In this document: positions 1 to 11,100 of the stretch, piece by piece
Numbering within the stretch: position 1 is the stretch's first letter
Layout: each line of letters starts with the position of its first letter
DNA from: Catajapyx aquilonaris
Taxonomy: Eukaryota
Assembly (NCBI GenBank): GCA_000934665.2
Contig: JYFJ02001014.1
Coordinates: 62,001 to 96,215 of the forward strand
DNA length: 34,215 bases
Reading direction: 5' to 3'
Program-made: the position numbers and the translations under genes
Notes under the pieces: generated by a model
Seen by the model: the letters and a program-made list of their open reading frames with translations, nothing else
The model's database searches: none
Told to the model about the DNA's origin: nothing

Positions 1-436
1 GTCTCTTCAAGTATATGTAACATGTTATAGTACAACAATATTGATTTTTCTGCTGCGATAGCTCAGTAAGGACTCGTTTGTACTGTTTTTTTGTTTGCTT
101 GAAAAGTGACAAAATCTTTAAATTTCTGTCAATATAATAAACAGCAATTTTCCTGTCACTTTTCAGCCAGAAGAGTTTTCTGGCTTCAGTGCTCCTGGCT
201 CTAGGTAAAAAAGACAGGTATGATCCAAAATGGGGCTAGATGTATCAAACACATTCCTTGCATACTTTTCAGAGTATCAGAAGGTAAGTGAGTCAAGCTC
301 CCTAAGGTCAACAGGTGCATTTCCTCCCTTTCACCGTTATCCTTGGTTCAACAACACACTATCAATCAGATGACATTTTTTTAAAAAAAAATCCCAACGC
401 AACGAGGCCATTCACCCAAAAAATGGTTGCACTCAC

Positions 437-552
437 ATCTCCTAAACATGCTGAGGATCCCGTCCAGACTCTTGAGCTTCTCCATGGTGTCCAGTCCCTT
501 CTTCCTCTCCTCCAGCAGGTACCACACGGCCCGGCTCCCATACTGCACCAGT
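437..552 (-). CDS. PEX11: PEX11 (peroxisomal membrane protein 11) coding exon 2, 116 nt; gene appears to continue beyond the left edge
   Basis: Minus strand: acceptor TTTCCTTTGGTTTTTGTTGAAG before 552 and donor GTGAGT at 436-431. Spliced to exon 1 it reads R-LVQYGSRAVWYLLEERKKGLDTMEKLKSLDGILSMFRR, matching the PEX11 N-terminal pattern (RDK..R..QY..R..W...STFRKLLR) as I recall it from insect and vertebrate PEX11A/B. I saw no third exon in 1-430. Confidence 0.9.
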
Positions 553-630
553 CTTCAACAAAAACCAAAGGAAAATTATGACAAAAATTGCATCATCCAA
601 CAAATAGTCTTGTCCAGTTGTCCACCTTAC

Positions 631-686
631 CTTGCCACCTTGTCCCGTCCGGACGCGGAGCTGTTCAGCTTCACCCAGACCTCCAT
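631..686 (-). CDS. PEX11: PEX11 coding exon 1 (ATG at 686, 56 nt), MEVWVKLNSSASGRDKVA(R)
   Basis: ACA-ATG-G start and open frame to AG|GTAAGG donor at 630. A 78-nt GT-AG intron (630-553) joins it in frame (phase 2) to exon 2. The GRDK..R motif is characteristic of PEX11. Confidence 0.9.
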
Positions 687-716
687 TGTGAACGAACTGT
701 CTCCAAGTGAAAGTAC

Positions 717-1100
717 CTGATAAGGAAAGAGCCGTGCAAACAGGTTTTTATCTCGATCAAGGTGACGGCCACTCATTACATTTATCCACTGGACGGCGCC
801 ATCTTGGAATCAGTGGAGCCAACACATTGCAGCTTCGAACGTGCCACTAATTCTGTACAGTTAACCAGTTATGAACACTAAATCATATTTACATATTGAT
901 ATTATGGCTTTATAGTTGTTAATCTGTGTGTTATTAATAGTGTGTGGGACGTGTGGGGGTTGCGTTGGCAGTCCTGAATTGTCAGCTGAGAGACGCCATC
1001 TTGAATATTCGGGATTGCCAACCTGCACTGTCAATCACACGAGGTGCTTAAAACTTTTTAATTTTAAAGCCCGAGATGCCCCCGTCTGGGGCGAATAAGT
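717..1100. promoter_or_regulatory. PEX11 promoter/5' UTR region, probably bidirectional, with two YY1/Pho-type motifs
   Basis: CGCCATCTTG (CAAGATGGCG on minus) occurs at 797-806 and 994-1003. An acceptor TCTTTCCTTATCAG ending at 717 and a possible donor GTAATG at 779 suggest a 63-nt 5' UTR intron. The region lies between the PEX11 ATG and a plus-strand donor at 1225. Confidence 0.5.
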
Positions 1101-1217
1101 CGGGCTGAATTGTTCCATGTAAGGCACGGGTTTTGTGGGAGCATGTCGGAGGGCTGAAGGAGAGACGGGGAAGGAAGGAAAAGGGGTTGGAGTCACCAGC
1201 TGTGTGTCCTCCTTCAC

Positions 1218-1224
1218 ATGTTAG
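1218..1224 (+). other. Candidate 3' end of the first exon of an unidentified divergent gene (ATG TTA G, phase-1 donor)
   Basis: Consensus donor AG|GTGAGT at 1224/1225 ends a purine-rich leader about 530 nt from the PEX11 ATG. Confidence 0.35.
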
Positions 1225-1746
1225 GTGAGTTAATTGCCCTTTTTGTTTTGTTTATTAATTACCTGGCTAATTGAGGTGTGTCGAAGCACGTGTGCTGGGT
1301 GGTGATTAGTGCAGGGAGGCCTGCAGGGTTGAGGGGCTGGGTGTGTACACAGCTGTCACCAGCACGGCAAGGTGTGCACACTTTCACTGTGCATGCTGGT
1401 ATGAATAAGTTATGAAGCAGTTGCAGGAATTTGTTGTGAACAAGTGTTCAGTACAGTACAGCTGCATAAGCTGCAAGAATCAGTAACGTTCGATAAAACA
1501 TTTGCTGAAGAATCGTTGGTTAATATTTATGTTACGCATTAACATACAATGACTGAAGAATATATGACAATGATTAGAATAAGCAGACAATAAAAGTTGA
1601 CATAAAGGGATAGCGGAATGGGGATTAAATAATTATTCATGTTGACAAATACAAAATCTTGGCACCATGTCCGGGTGGGAAAAGGTTTAAATTGCATTAT
1701 GGAGCCAATAAGCATCTTGTCAATTGTACTTATTAATTATTATCAA

Positions 1747-1971
1747 CTAGCTGCAGCACCCGGCGTTGCCCGGGAAGAAATTAATGAAGGCAAAACACCT
1801 ACCTGTAGCCCCGTCAAAATTTTCCCGCACAGAGAGCCACTTTAAAAAGGCCAGGTCGGAAGGACGGAAGAGGTTGGAGGTGTAGGAAGCGGACCACAGA
1901 TGGTAGGCAAATGACATTTGGCGTTACAGGTGGACAGACAGACAGATCACAAACGGCTTTATTTATACAGA
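1747..1971 (-). mobile_element. Non-autonomous Helitron (225 bp)
   Basis: On the minus strand it starts A|TC (1971-1970, TCTGTATAAATAAA...) and ends CTAG|T (1750-1747). A GC-rich hairpin CCCGG-N6-CCGGG (1759-1774) lies 8 nt before the CTAG, and a short (TCTG)n tract is near the 5' end. Insertion is between A and T with no adjacent TSD, which are the canonical Helitron hallmarks. Confidence 0.75.
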
Positions 1972-3745
1972 TTAAATAAGCATCTTGTAAGATATGCTGC
2001 AGAGAGAACTGTTGAGAAATATGTCATTGACCTACATTTTTTCTATTAGATCCAGCATCGGACATTCACAGAACATGATGCCAAGATCACTTATTTGGAA
2101 GTGACAAAAGTGTAGATAAATTATTATCAGGCTCCACATGTAAAGAGCTTGTTGGTTGGTTGTGAATCACAATTTTTGATATTTTTTTCTATTCATGTGA
2201 GATGCTGAAGCAACAGAAAAAAATGATAATTGACATTATAAGCATCAGATACATTCAACTGATTGAGATAAGTTTGTCGGGATAGTGATCCATTATACGT
2301 AAAATGCAAGGGAGTTTGATATTTGATTTGAGTGTAATTAGGTTAATACACAGTAATGTCAGGTGTAATGTGTGTAAAATCTAAAATGGCATGCCCAATT
2401 AAACATTGTGTCTGGTGTGTTGCCCAAAGGCACTTCGGAGGTAGACGTGGTGGCGACAGACCAGGTGGATGATAAAACCTGACCTTCACGTGCTTGTCTT
2501 CCCTCCAGCTGGAAAATGCACATGCCAAATGGATAGTTACACAGCTTTAGGGTGTTATTATCAGGCTTAGTCAATCACTCATTGTTCGAACCTGTGTGGT
2601 CTTGTGGTCTCTAGTTGTGAGTGGCTTGCCATATGTTGTTAGTGTAGGATATGTACCTTTATGGCTAACTTTTCCAAGTTAATAGCAGAACACTTGAATT
2701 TTTCATGCCTAATTAGTCCATTCCCCTCTTGCATGGCAGCCCACCTGTCCAATAAATCTGGGAGATGTGCACTAGTTGCGACGTAGATGAATTACCTGCA
2801 GATTTGCATCATTCTGATGGTAAATGAGTATCTGCCACCCGCACACACTCACTCAAATTGCCGCAATTGCATATTCTCATATGAGAAATCGAATCAGAAA
2901 TTAATTGTATTTGCGAGGGCCGACATACACCACCAGCATATGGATTGGGTTTGACAGGGGGGCAGTACTCATTTTGACCCTCCATTATGGAGTATGACGA
3001 GGGAAAGGTGTAACTCATGATTATGGAATTGGTAATTCTGTTTGCCCGGTGGAGAGATTTTGTTGCAACTGAGCAGAGTGGACCAGTGGTGAACCAATGC
3101 TCACAAGAGCCGAACGTGTTTCTCTACATATTGCCTCTGTCCAGTCAGTTCCGATGCTGAAGTGGGACACGCTTTTGCATCACAAAGGGTATGTTACCTT
3201 TAATGGGATTTTGAGATGAGAGACTACAATGGCACTTCTGCTGGTCACGTTATCCTTCTCATATCAAATGGGCTTGCATATTTATGACAGTGAGAATGGG
3301 CTCTATATATTTTATTTTTTTGCATCAATTTCAACATGTTAGTACTGCGATAGGAACTTTATTGTTGATATTTGCTGATGTTGGTCAGCCGTACCAAACA
3401 CATGTCACAGTTTGTGACAAGTCTCATGGGCTGTGCATGATCTCTGTAATGACATAAAAGTAGACAGACCTTCCACTCTGAAAGAAGAATGTGCGTATCA
3501 AGTGACACTTGTTGGTCACCTAAAAAAAAAGTGGTAGGAAAATTCCAGGCAGACACTCTGGTTTGTGCAGACCTCTTTTTTCTCTCTCTCTCCCTTTGTC
3601 CTTTTTTCCCCTAGTTTTTTGGCCTCTTCTCTAGTGCCACATCGACATTTCCCCAGCCGCTCGCGCGCAGCCCCAAATATTTCTTCTTGGCATAGGCCGA
3701 TTTTTTCTTTCTTTCTGGCCATTGTCTCCTTCTATCTTTTTGTAG

Positions 3746-3746
<1 letters not shown>

Positions 3747-3808
<62 letters not shown>

Positions 3809-3821
3809 TGTGTGTGTGTGT
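3747..3821. repeat. (TG)n microsatellite, (TG)29-GG-(TG)7
   Basis: Read directly; single interruption at 3805. Confidence 0.97.
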
Positions 3822-5169
3822 CTCTCATCCTCACACCGACCGCTCCGACTGCGAATGGCTAGTCTGTGCCTGGTTCCGGAATTATTCTTGTGCTGATGAC
3901 ATGGCTCCGAAGTGTGCGTGCAGGCGTCGTTTCCGCGTCAAACTGCATGGAGGTGGCCATTGTGCGGCCTTGGCCACCCTTTTATTGTCGCATTGCTAGT
4001 CTCGGAAGGGAATAGAAAATGCTTGACCTGCACCAAAAGGCGAGAAACTTTGGGCCATGTCCAATTCACCAGTGGGTATAGAAGAAAGATCGAAAAAAAA
4101 AAAATACAGATTTTTTTTTTGGAGTTCCCTTTTTATGCAGTCAAAATATTTACAGCTACAGCTTTTTTCCCATGCGTTGAAAAAGAGGACAACAGCAAGA
4201 AAGTGACTTTCAATTGTTGACAATGCGAATGATTCGATTTTGCGCCTGCATCATTTGGATGGGATTTTTTTTCGAACTCACTGCAGCGTTTTTTGCAGTT
4301 GATCGGCCTGACTTTTTGTCATTTCGACATGCACGAAGCCACCCGGTGTTGACTCATTGGGATGAGTGATTTTTAACAGAATCCTGTGAAATTTGCGGTG
4401 ATGAATGCAGCATCAACATTGTACCAGGATTGGAAGGATATCTGCAGTTATAACATTAAAAATATTCAACCACAAGCTGTATTCCGGTGATGTTTTGACC
4501 TACGCCGTCCCGAAATCAAGTGTGTAGCCGACCCCTATCGATCAAACTGATTAAGCACCGAGCCTAGTTAATGATGACTTAAGGCATTTATCACCTAGTT
4601 AATGAACTGCGGCAGTTACGTGCGAAAGTATTTGTAGGCCGCGTGTGGTATGGCCGATTTCGGGTCATGTTTCTTTCTCCCGTCACCGATTAGTCTCACT
4701 TAACGAACGTCAATCCAATTTCACCCCTTTTCCAACTTGAACTTTGTCCCTGGGTCTGACCACACACAGTGGAGGCAGGCTGACCACTGGGCCCTTCCGC
4801 CAATATATATACACCAGCTGGGGAATTTCCCCTTTCCGAAAATGCCAGGCACGGGGCCAAGAGTAAGTTCTCCGAGGAACCTATTCATTACCAAGAATTG
4901 CAGGCATGTCCTGTTGCCAATATGACTTTGGGCCCTGGCGTTAGTGGAAATTCTTCTCGGTTACCGCAGAAACAGGAGACGAGAGCCACTTTCTGTGGGG
5001 GCAAAAAGCTCTCTCTCTCTCTCACTGGACGTCCCCTGAACACACAAAAAAAGTGGGTGGTTCTAGCCTGCTGGGGGTATTTTTTGTGAAGAGGAGGCCA
5101 TTCCGGGAGCTTCAAAAAGGTCAGGGACACTCCCGAAGGATTATTGGATCTCGCTAGTGGGGACTAAAA

Positions 5170-5191
5170 ATGGAGGAAGATTATGTATCGG
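5170..5191 (+). CDS. Candidate alternative first coding exon MEEDYVS(G), phase-1 donor, gene unidentified
   Basis: AAA-ATG-G start context, 22 nt open, then G|GTGAGT donor at 5192. Preceded by a UTR-like leader with a (CT)n tract near 5010-5022. Same phase as the 1218-1224 candidate. Confidence 0.4.
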
Positions 5192-8100
5192 GTGAGTGCG
5201 TTATTATAAAAGTGAATCATGAGGAGACTTGTTCAGATATGCGCATCTAGGTCCCTGGCCATAATTGCGTGCCATGTCTCTCTCTAATTGTTCCCGTGTG
5301 TGGGGAACACGCGTCCAATTCCTTAATTGCTTGCGTCCATTGCCCGAAAAATACACGCGTGACCTGGAGACCAATTTGGGGGCCTAGACGTGAAAAATTT
5401 CGCTGATATTTTTCGCACACTGGGCCTCGGAACACAGGTCAGCAATAATCATATTATATTCATAATACAATCGAATATGAATAATTTTAAGTGGGGGGTA
5501 GAATGTTTCTTTACTCGTTGTGCCTTTTTAAATTACGCTGAAGGGAAAAAGCTATCGCAGTATTTTTAAAGACATTGGTAGCAACCACAGAAAACGAAGT
5601 TATGGAGACTGCCTCATATTTTAATATTTTGGGATTCAAGTTTGCGGGCTAATTTATGGCTGGGCGAGAAGGCAGAGTGGCCGGTTCAGCTTGTCGTTTT
5701 CACGGAGACCCTTGGAAAAGGTCGGTAGTCCCTTGGCCTTTTTAAGTCAAGTTTTTGGAGCCATGGCATTAAGGGTAGGGTAAATCCTCTTTTTGAAGGG
5801 CTCGCATCGATCAAAGTGGCCTTCCAGCTCAGATTGGATGACTGATGGTCAGTCTTGGACAGATGAGGCTGGGCTTTACGGTGGGTGAAACTAATTAAAA
5901 AGAGGGGGGGGGGGGGAGGATGGAGAGATGGCCGTTTTCTAAGGAGGTATAAAAATTCCATCGCAGCTCGTTAAAGAAGTGAGGGCGTCAGATTCCATTC
6001 GCACCACTTCGCTAACTTGCCTTTTGCTGCAAAAATAGGCGAAGGGGGACTTTGCGAAAAAAAAAGAGTCGCTTTTGGAAGGAGCCCTGACGTATACTTT
6101 ATCGGAGGAACTTTTCGTCTGGTAAAACTTTGGAAAAGAGAATATATGTAAGTTGACTTCTCGCACTGCCTGGCAGGAATTGTATAGGGTGGGGAGGCCT
6201 TTAGAAATCGAAAGTCCAAGAAAGGTTTACGAAACCTCTCGCTTGAATATCAGGCAAGCGACGGAGATTTTCGACCCCCTTTTATCGCCTGCTCTCCTTT
6301 TCTTTATTTGGGCGAACATCCTTTCAGGGCCATTTCTGTTTTCTTCTGTCGCATTTATTGAATTAGTTTTTTTTTCTTCCTCTCCGAGACTTGGGAGAAA
6401 GTTGAAAAAGTTAACGTGCCGTAAATGCAAGCCTAGAGGCATTTTTCCCACGAAATTATCACTGAGAAATCCTCCAGCTTGAGCCCAGGTGAATTTCACT
6501 CTCAATTCCGAGTTTACTTTCCATGAAGCGTTCTATCAGATTGGATTACCCTTTCGGATGTTGTTGACTCTCTTTGTTTACCCTATCCCCCATTATTTCG
6601 CTGGCAATGCAGCCCATTGTGCTGCCTTTTGCTATCTCATATCACTGCAATGCTGCATTATGGAAAACGTTATCCGTTGCATTTAGAGCCTGCCTGCTCT
6701 TTTTTTTCACTCTCTTCGCAGAAAGTGCATGATCCAGTTAGTTTTTTTTTGCTGACCTACTTCATGACTGCACAATGCTACCAATTGTGATACACTCCAG
6801 ACGTCTTAATTATGCAACCGGTGAAGAGAGTGGGACGTAACTCTTAAGGACGAGCGGGTTTTTTTGTTAAGTGGAGGGATTAAGCGTTGTGTGTGTGGGA
6901 TATGGTAATTGTGTGTAGGCCTCGTGTCCCCCATTCAGAGTATCGAACTGGGGTGGTGGGCTCCCCATATTGATCATGGGTTTTGTAGGAGGAGAGAGAG
7001 AGCTGGAAAGGCGACGGCTCACTCGGCATTTCGCCTTCACCGTCGGGAGAGGACTCTGCCTTCCGTCCACGGTGCCAATCGATGACGAGGCGGGCTGGCT
7101 TTACGTCGCCGACACTCCTGCGTCGCTTCCACCACCAGTAGCACCCACCAGCACCAGCACTTCAAACCATCACTTGTAACCCTACACAAAAACCAGGAGG
7201 ACACAAGGCCCAGAGAGTAGCTGGTTCTGGGGGAAAAGCGGTGCTTCAGACGGACATTTTAGGAGTCGGCCATGTTAGGCGCAAGTGCGCCATTTAAAAC
7301 GGGGCTGGCTGCATATCCTTGAAGGTCCTGTGACCCTGGCGGTGGTACCATGGGATGCAGGGGGTCACGGGGTGTCTCGGTGTGTGAACTCGTGTGATCG
7401 AGATGGATCCGTGACATGTCCGCTGCATCGGATCTGGACCAGGTGGGTCCGATCTATCCCCTGTTAAAGTGTGTGTGTGTGTGTTGGTGCAAATTGCATG
7501 CGTATATTACTAATTTTGTGGGCATCGCAGGCGAATTATGTGAAATGGTGCGTCTGCATGCAATTTATCATTCCGGGGGAGCACTAATGGTTATCGGCTT
7601 TGGTCAACATGGAAAATCCCGTAGGTTGTTCAGTATGATGCAGGCATTCCGCACCATTAGTGCACTTCTCATTGTGAACGAACCGTTGCCACTAGTCGGA
7701 GCAATTCACTTATGCAGTGATGTAGCTCACTGGGGGTACGTGCGGGCCTGCATGTCATTTTCAGTGATTTGTGCGGATTCTGCGAATAAATCGTGCAAAG
7801 CACCCGGGGATTTTAATCGGCCATAGTTGTAAAGTCGAACAATGATCAGAAAACCCGCCCAAGAAACGTGTGGTGTCCATTTGTTGCACTTTCACCAGCA
7901 TTGTCTCATTCCATTGTTGCCCGTCACTGCGGGTTTTCCTGTGACCGCAGCGGTGCTGCATAACATGTGACAAAGGTCGATCGCGTATATAGTGTACCGC
8001 GGAGCTTGTTAAACACAAGTACTTTAGCCGAATGGTACCCCAGTAATTAATTATTTCCAGCACCGCCTGTCCTGCTTCGGTACCGATGCAATTTGAGCAC

Positions 8101-11100
8101 AATTGCATGTGACTGTCCCTGAGGGTTTATGGTCATTTCTGGGCCGACGAAATGAATCTGACCCGTGAGTCACATGACGTGGAAGGTGGTGATTCACCCT
8201 GATTTTGGTCTCCCCTCCTCAAAGTGCGCTGTGTCCATATGTCGGGGGTTTCTCCGGGCCCTGAGTCAGGATCAATTATTCTGAAGTGTGGCCCAAGTTG
8301 GAAGTGTGGGTTGTCTGCCATTTCAGACACACCATTTGAGAAGCGCTGTTTGCATGCGTAGAGTGCTTTAGAGCACATGTTTGAAATTAAGCTCTAGTGT
8401 GTCGTTTTGCTGATAAAAGCACTGGTGGGCGTATATGGCTCACACTGCTTTGTAACTACATTTTGTGGTGCGTTACACAACAGTTCAATGTTGAGCTTGG
8501 TGCTGAAATACACCACGCGAACAAAAAATATGATTTCGAGTGTTTGACTTATGGGATGAAAGTTAAACATTTTCCCACCGCTCTCCTGTTTTGTTATATC
8601 GTCACGCTGAGCAATCATGTGTGATTCATTCGCTCTCTTCACGATATATCGTGGCCCTTTCAAGTGCATGGAAATAAAGGGCAGAGCTTTACCTCAAAAG
8701 GGAATATCGCATTGTATTTTAGCCCGAAATTAAATTTGGTCCAGAACCTAAACAGTGCAGTACGGATTTGTATTGATGTCTGGAGAGTGATCGTCATTCA
8801 AACGACTGAAAACTTGTTGCATTTACTTACTCTGAAAGGTCTCACTGAAGTGAAGGTGGAAAAAAGGAAATAAAAAAAAAAAGGTCAAGGGGAGGAAAAT
8901 CTTTAGAGCATTGACCTCCGGGGCGAGCACTTGTCACATTAGTCGTAACACTATTTATGGCACGAGATATTGATTGCGGTGGTGAGGTGGATATATACAC
9001 TTGCGAGAATGGAGCTTGTGCGATCGATGATGTCATGCTGAATCAAATCATCCCCCCCCCCCTCCCCCACTCCCTATACGTTTAGTCATGAAAGTTTATG
9101 AATACTGCATCAGGGGGTTTTTTTCCCCCTGTGCTGTGAAAGCCCCCTATAAAAAGAGAAAATCGCCTCGCATTTTCGTTAACCTATTATCCGTGCAAGT
9201 GGAAAGCGCGACAATATTGCTAGATATTGCGTGTGGGAGAAGTAATTATAATTAGCTAGGAGAGACTTGGCTTTAATAAGTTATTTTGATTAGGTCGGCT
9301 ATGTAGTTCCGTGTGGAATCTCTTGTCTTGTTGCGATGTTTCAATATAAATTATGATGGCTGTTCCATCCCAGCAGGCACTGTATCATTAGGTACTGTAC
9401 GCAACCTCGTGTAACAGAACGTAGGGAAGCATAAGATGCCAGTAGAAAAATGTTCTCTAGCCAATCAGAAGAGTCGCCTGATTTTTTTCCCTTCCATTTC
9501 CGACGATATGTTTGTAACCCACTTAAACGTTGCCTCTCTGTTCAAGTTAGGCAGTAAAAAAAGGTCGAAATTGCTAGATGCTGTAATGGCATCTATACGC
9601 ACCGTTTTTATAGGATCAGAAAGTGTGGATGAAGTGCATTAGAATATATTGAAACTAGTGCTGAGGAAACTGTATCGTATAGACGGTTCCAGGAGAAGAA
9701 AAAAAAAAGAGCGGAATATAGAGGCGATGAATTTCCATCTATTCGACTGCGGCACGGTAAATCTCGCCAACCAGAGCTAACTGTAACGATAGGCTATATC
9801 CGTTTTTCCAACCTAGTGCAGTAGCCCACTCTCCGGATTTCTTCTTTTTTTTTCTTCTCCACCGTATTCTCCAGAATTGGGCTTTGGGGACACTCGCCTG
9901 GGAACCCAGGAGGCTGGCACTGGTGTTCTTAAAAGAATTATGATAAGAATCGAGATGTAGGAAGCGCCGGCGCTTCACCGCAGCATGGGACAGATTGCAG
10001 TTGGCTGCAGGCTCTGCAGGAAGAGAAACCTTTTGTATTTATCCGAGTAAGGAGCAGTGGAAGAGGAACCGAACTCTGAACTTGGGAGGGGTTTGTGGGC
10101 GGCGGGTGCAAAGTTTCTTTTATCCGGGAGCTCTTAGTAGGGATGGTTGGAGATGTTGAACTCGATGGGGGGTGACGCTCCATGATGATTATTGAGGCTG
10201 GGAAACGGAACAGGTGGCTTTTTTTTCTTTCATTTTTTTTCCTAAGAAAAGGGGGCTGCCGAAAAGGGATAGGGGTGCTTCATATGGATGGGACCGTTAC
10301 ACGTATATTACGGTGGTGTTCGTCGCACCTGCTGGCACAACGAGGGCTTCATTCGGTGGCCTCCCTCCTCAACCATTCTGTCCCGTGGAGGAAATTAGGG
10401 GGCGCAATTCAAAGGCCGTTAGTGGAAGATTACGCTGCCAATATATCCCGAGATGGACTGCAAATGTGAGGCAGTTATTTCTGGGCGAAATTCTAGCGGG
10501 ATCCAGTCTGGAGGCTGGATATAGTCTGCCTTGTGAAGCAGTCCAGTAGACACTGGGAGAATTTTGGTGTTGCTCCGAAAAGGTGAAGAAGAGCTCACTC
10601 AGGTGGACATTATAATTAAACTGCACATTTTAGTGTTTGGTTGTGAATTTTCGACTTTCCGCTGACACTGAGTGGGATAAACAATTTCATTTCTTTATCC
10701 CCTGCTGGCTCGGTCATTTCTCTTAAGTGGCCATTTTATGTTTTTCTGTGTATGCGAAGTAGCCTCGGATTATTATACACCGGTTCAGCGGGGTGTTTTA
10801 ATAGCCAGGAGGAGTGAGTTACAAGGCAGCTTTGCGATTTCCATGCATATCAGTGCTAGAAGTGGAATGGCGTTATCTCTCTCCTCATTCCGAGCCATTT
10901 CCTTTTTTCGTCCTTGGAGTTAACGCGCCAGCAAACGAATATTAACTCCTCGTTTCATCCCCCCCTACCCTCCGCACTCTCCAAACCCATTGTTTGGAAG
11001 GAATGTGTATAGCTTGGGTTGTGGCCGTGAAATAAAATCCCGGAAGATGTTCCTGGGGAGAGGCGTCGAATCTTCCGGAAGGAAGAGCTGGGGTCTCTCT

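Noticed and set aside
362..568. Track ORF MVFVEDWCSMG... over PEX11 exon 2
   Set aside because: Wrong reading frame; the spliced frame gives PEX11.
3565..3999. 144-aa ORF with CV repeats and antisense TH-repeat ORF
   Set aside because: Artefact of the (TG)n microsatellite.
6606..6659. Imperfect ~54-nt hairpin (AATGCAGC...GCTGCATT) as a pre-miRNA
   Set aside because: Only about 13 paired bases and a ~26-nt loop; no match to a known mature sequence.
9961..9976. Perfect 16-bp palindrome GAAGCGCCGGCGCTTC
   Set aside because: One 8-bp-arm palindrome in 34 kb is not far from chance expectation and has no supporting context.
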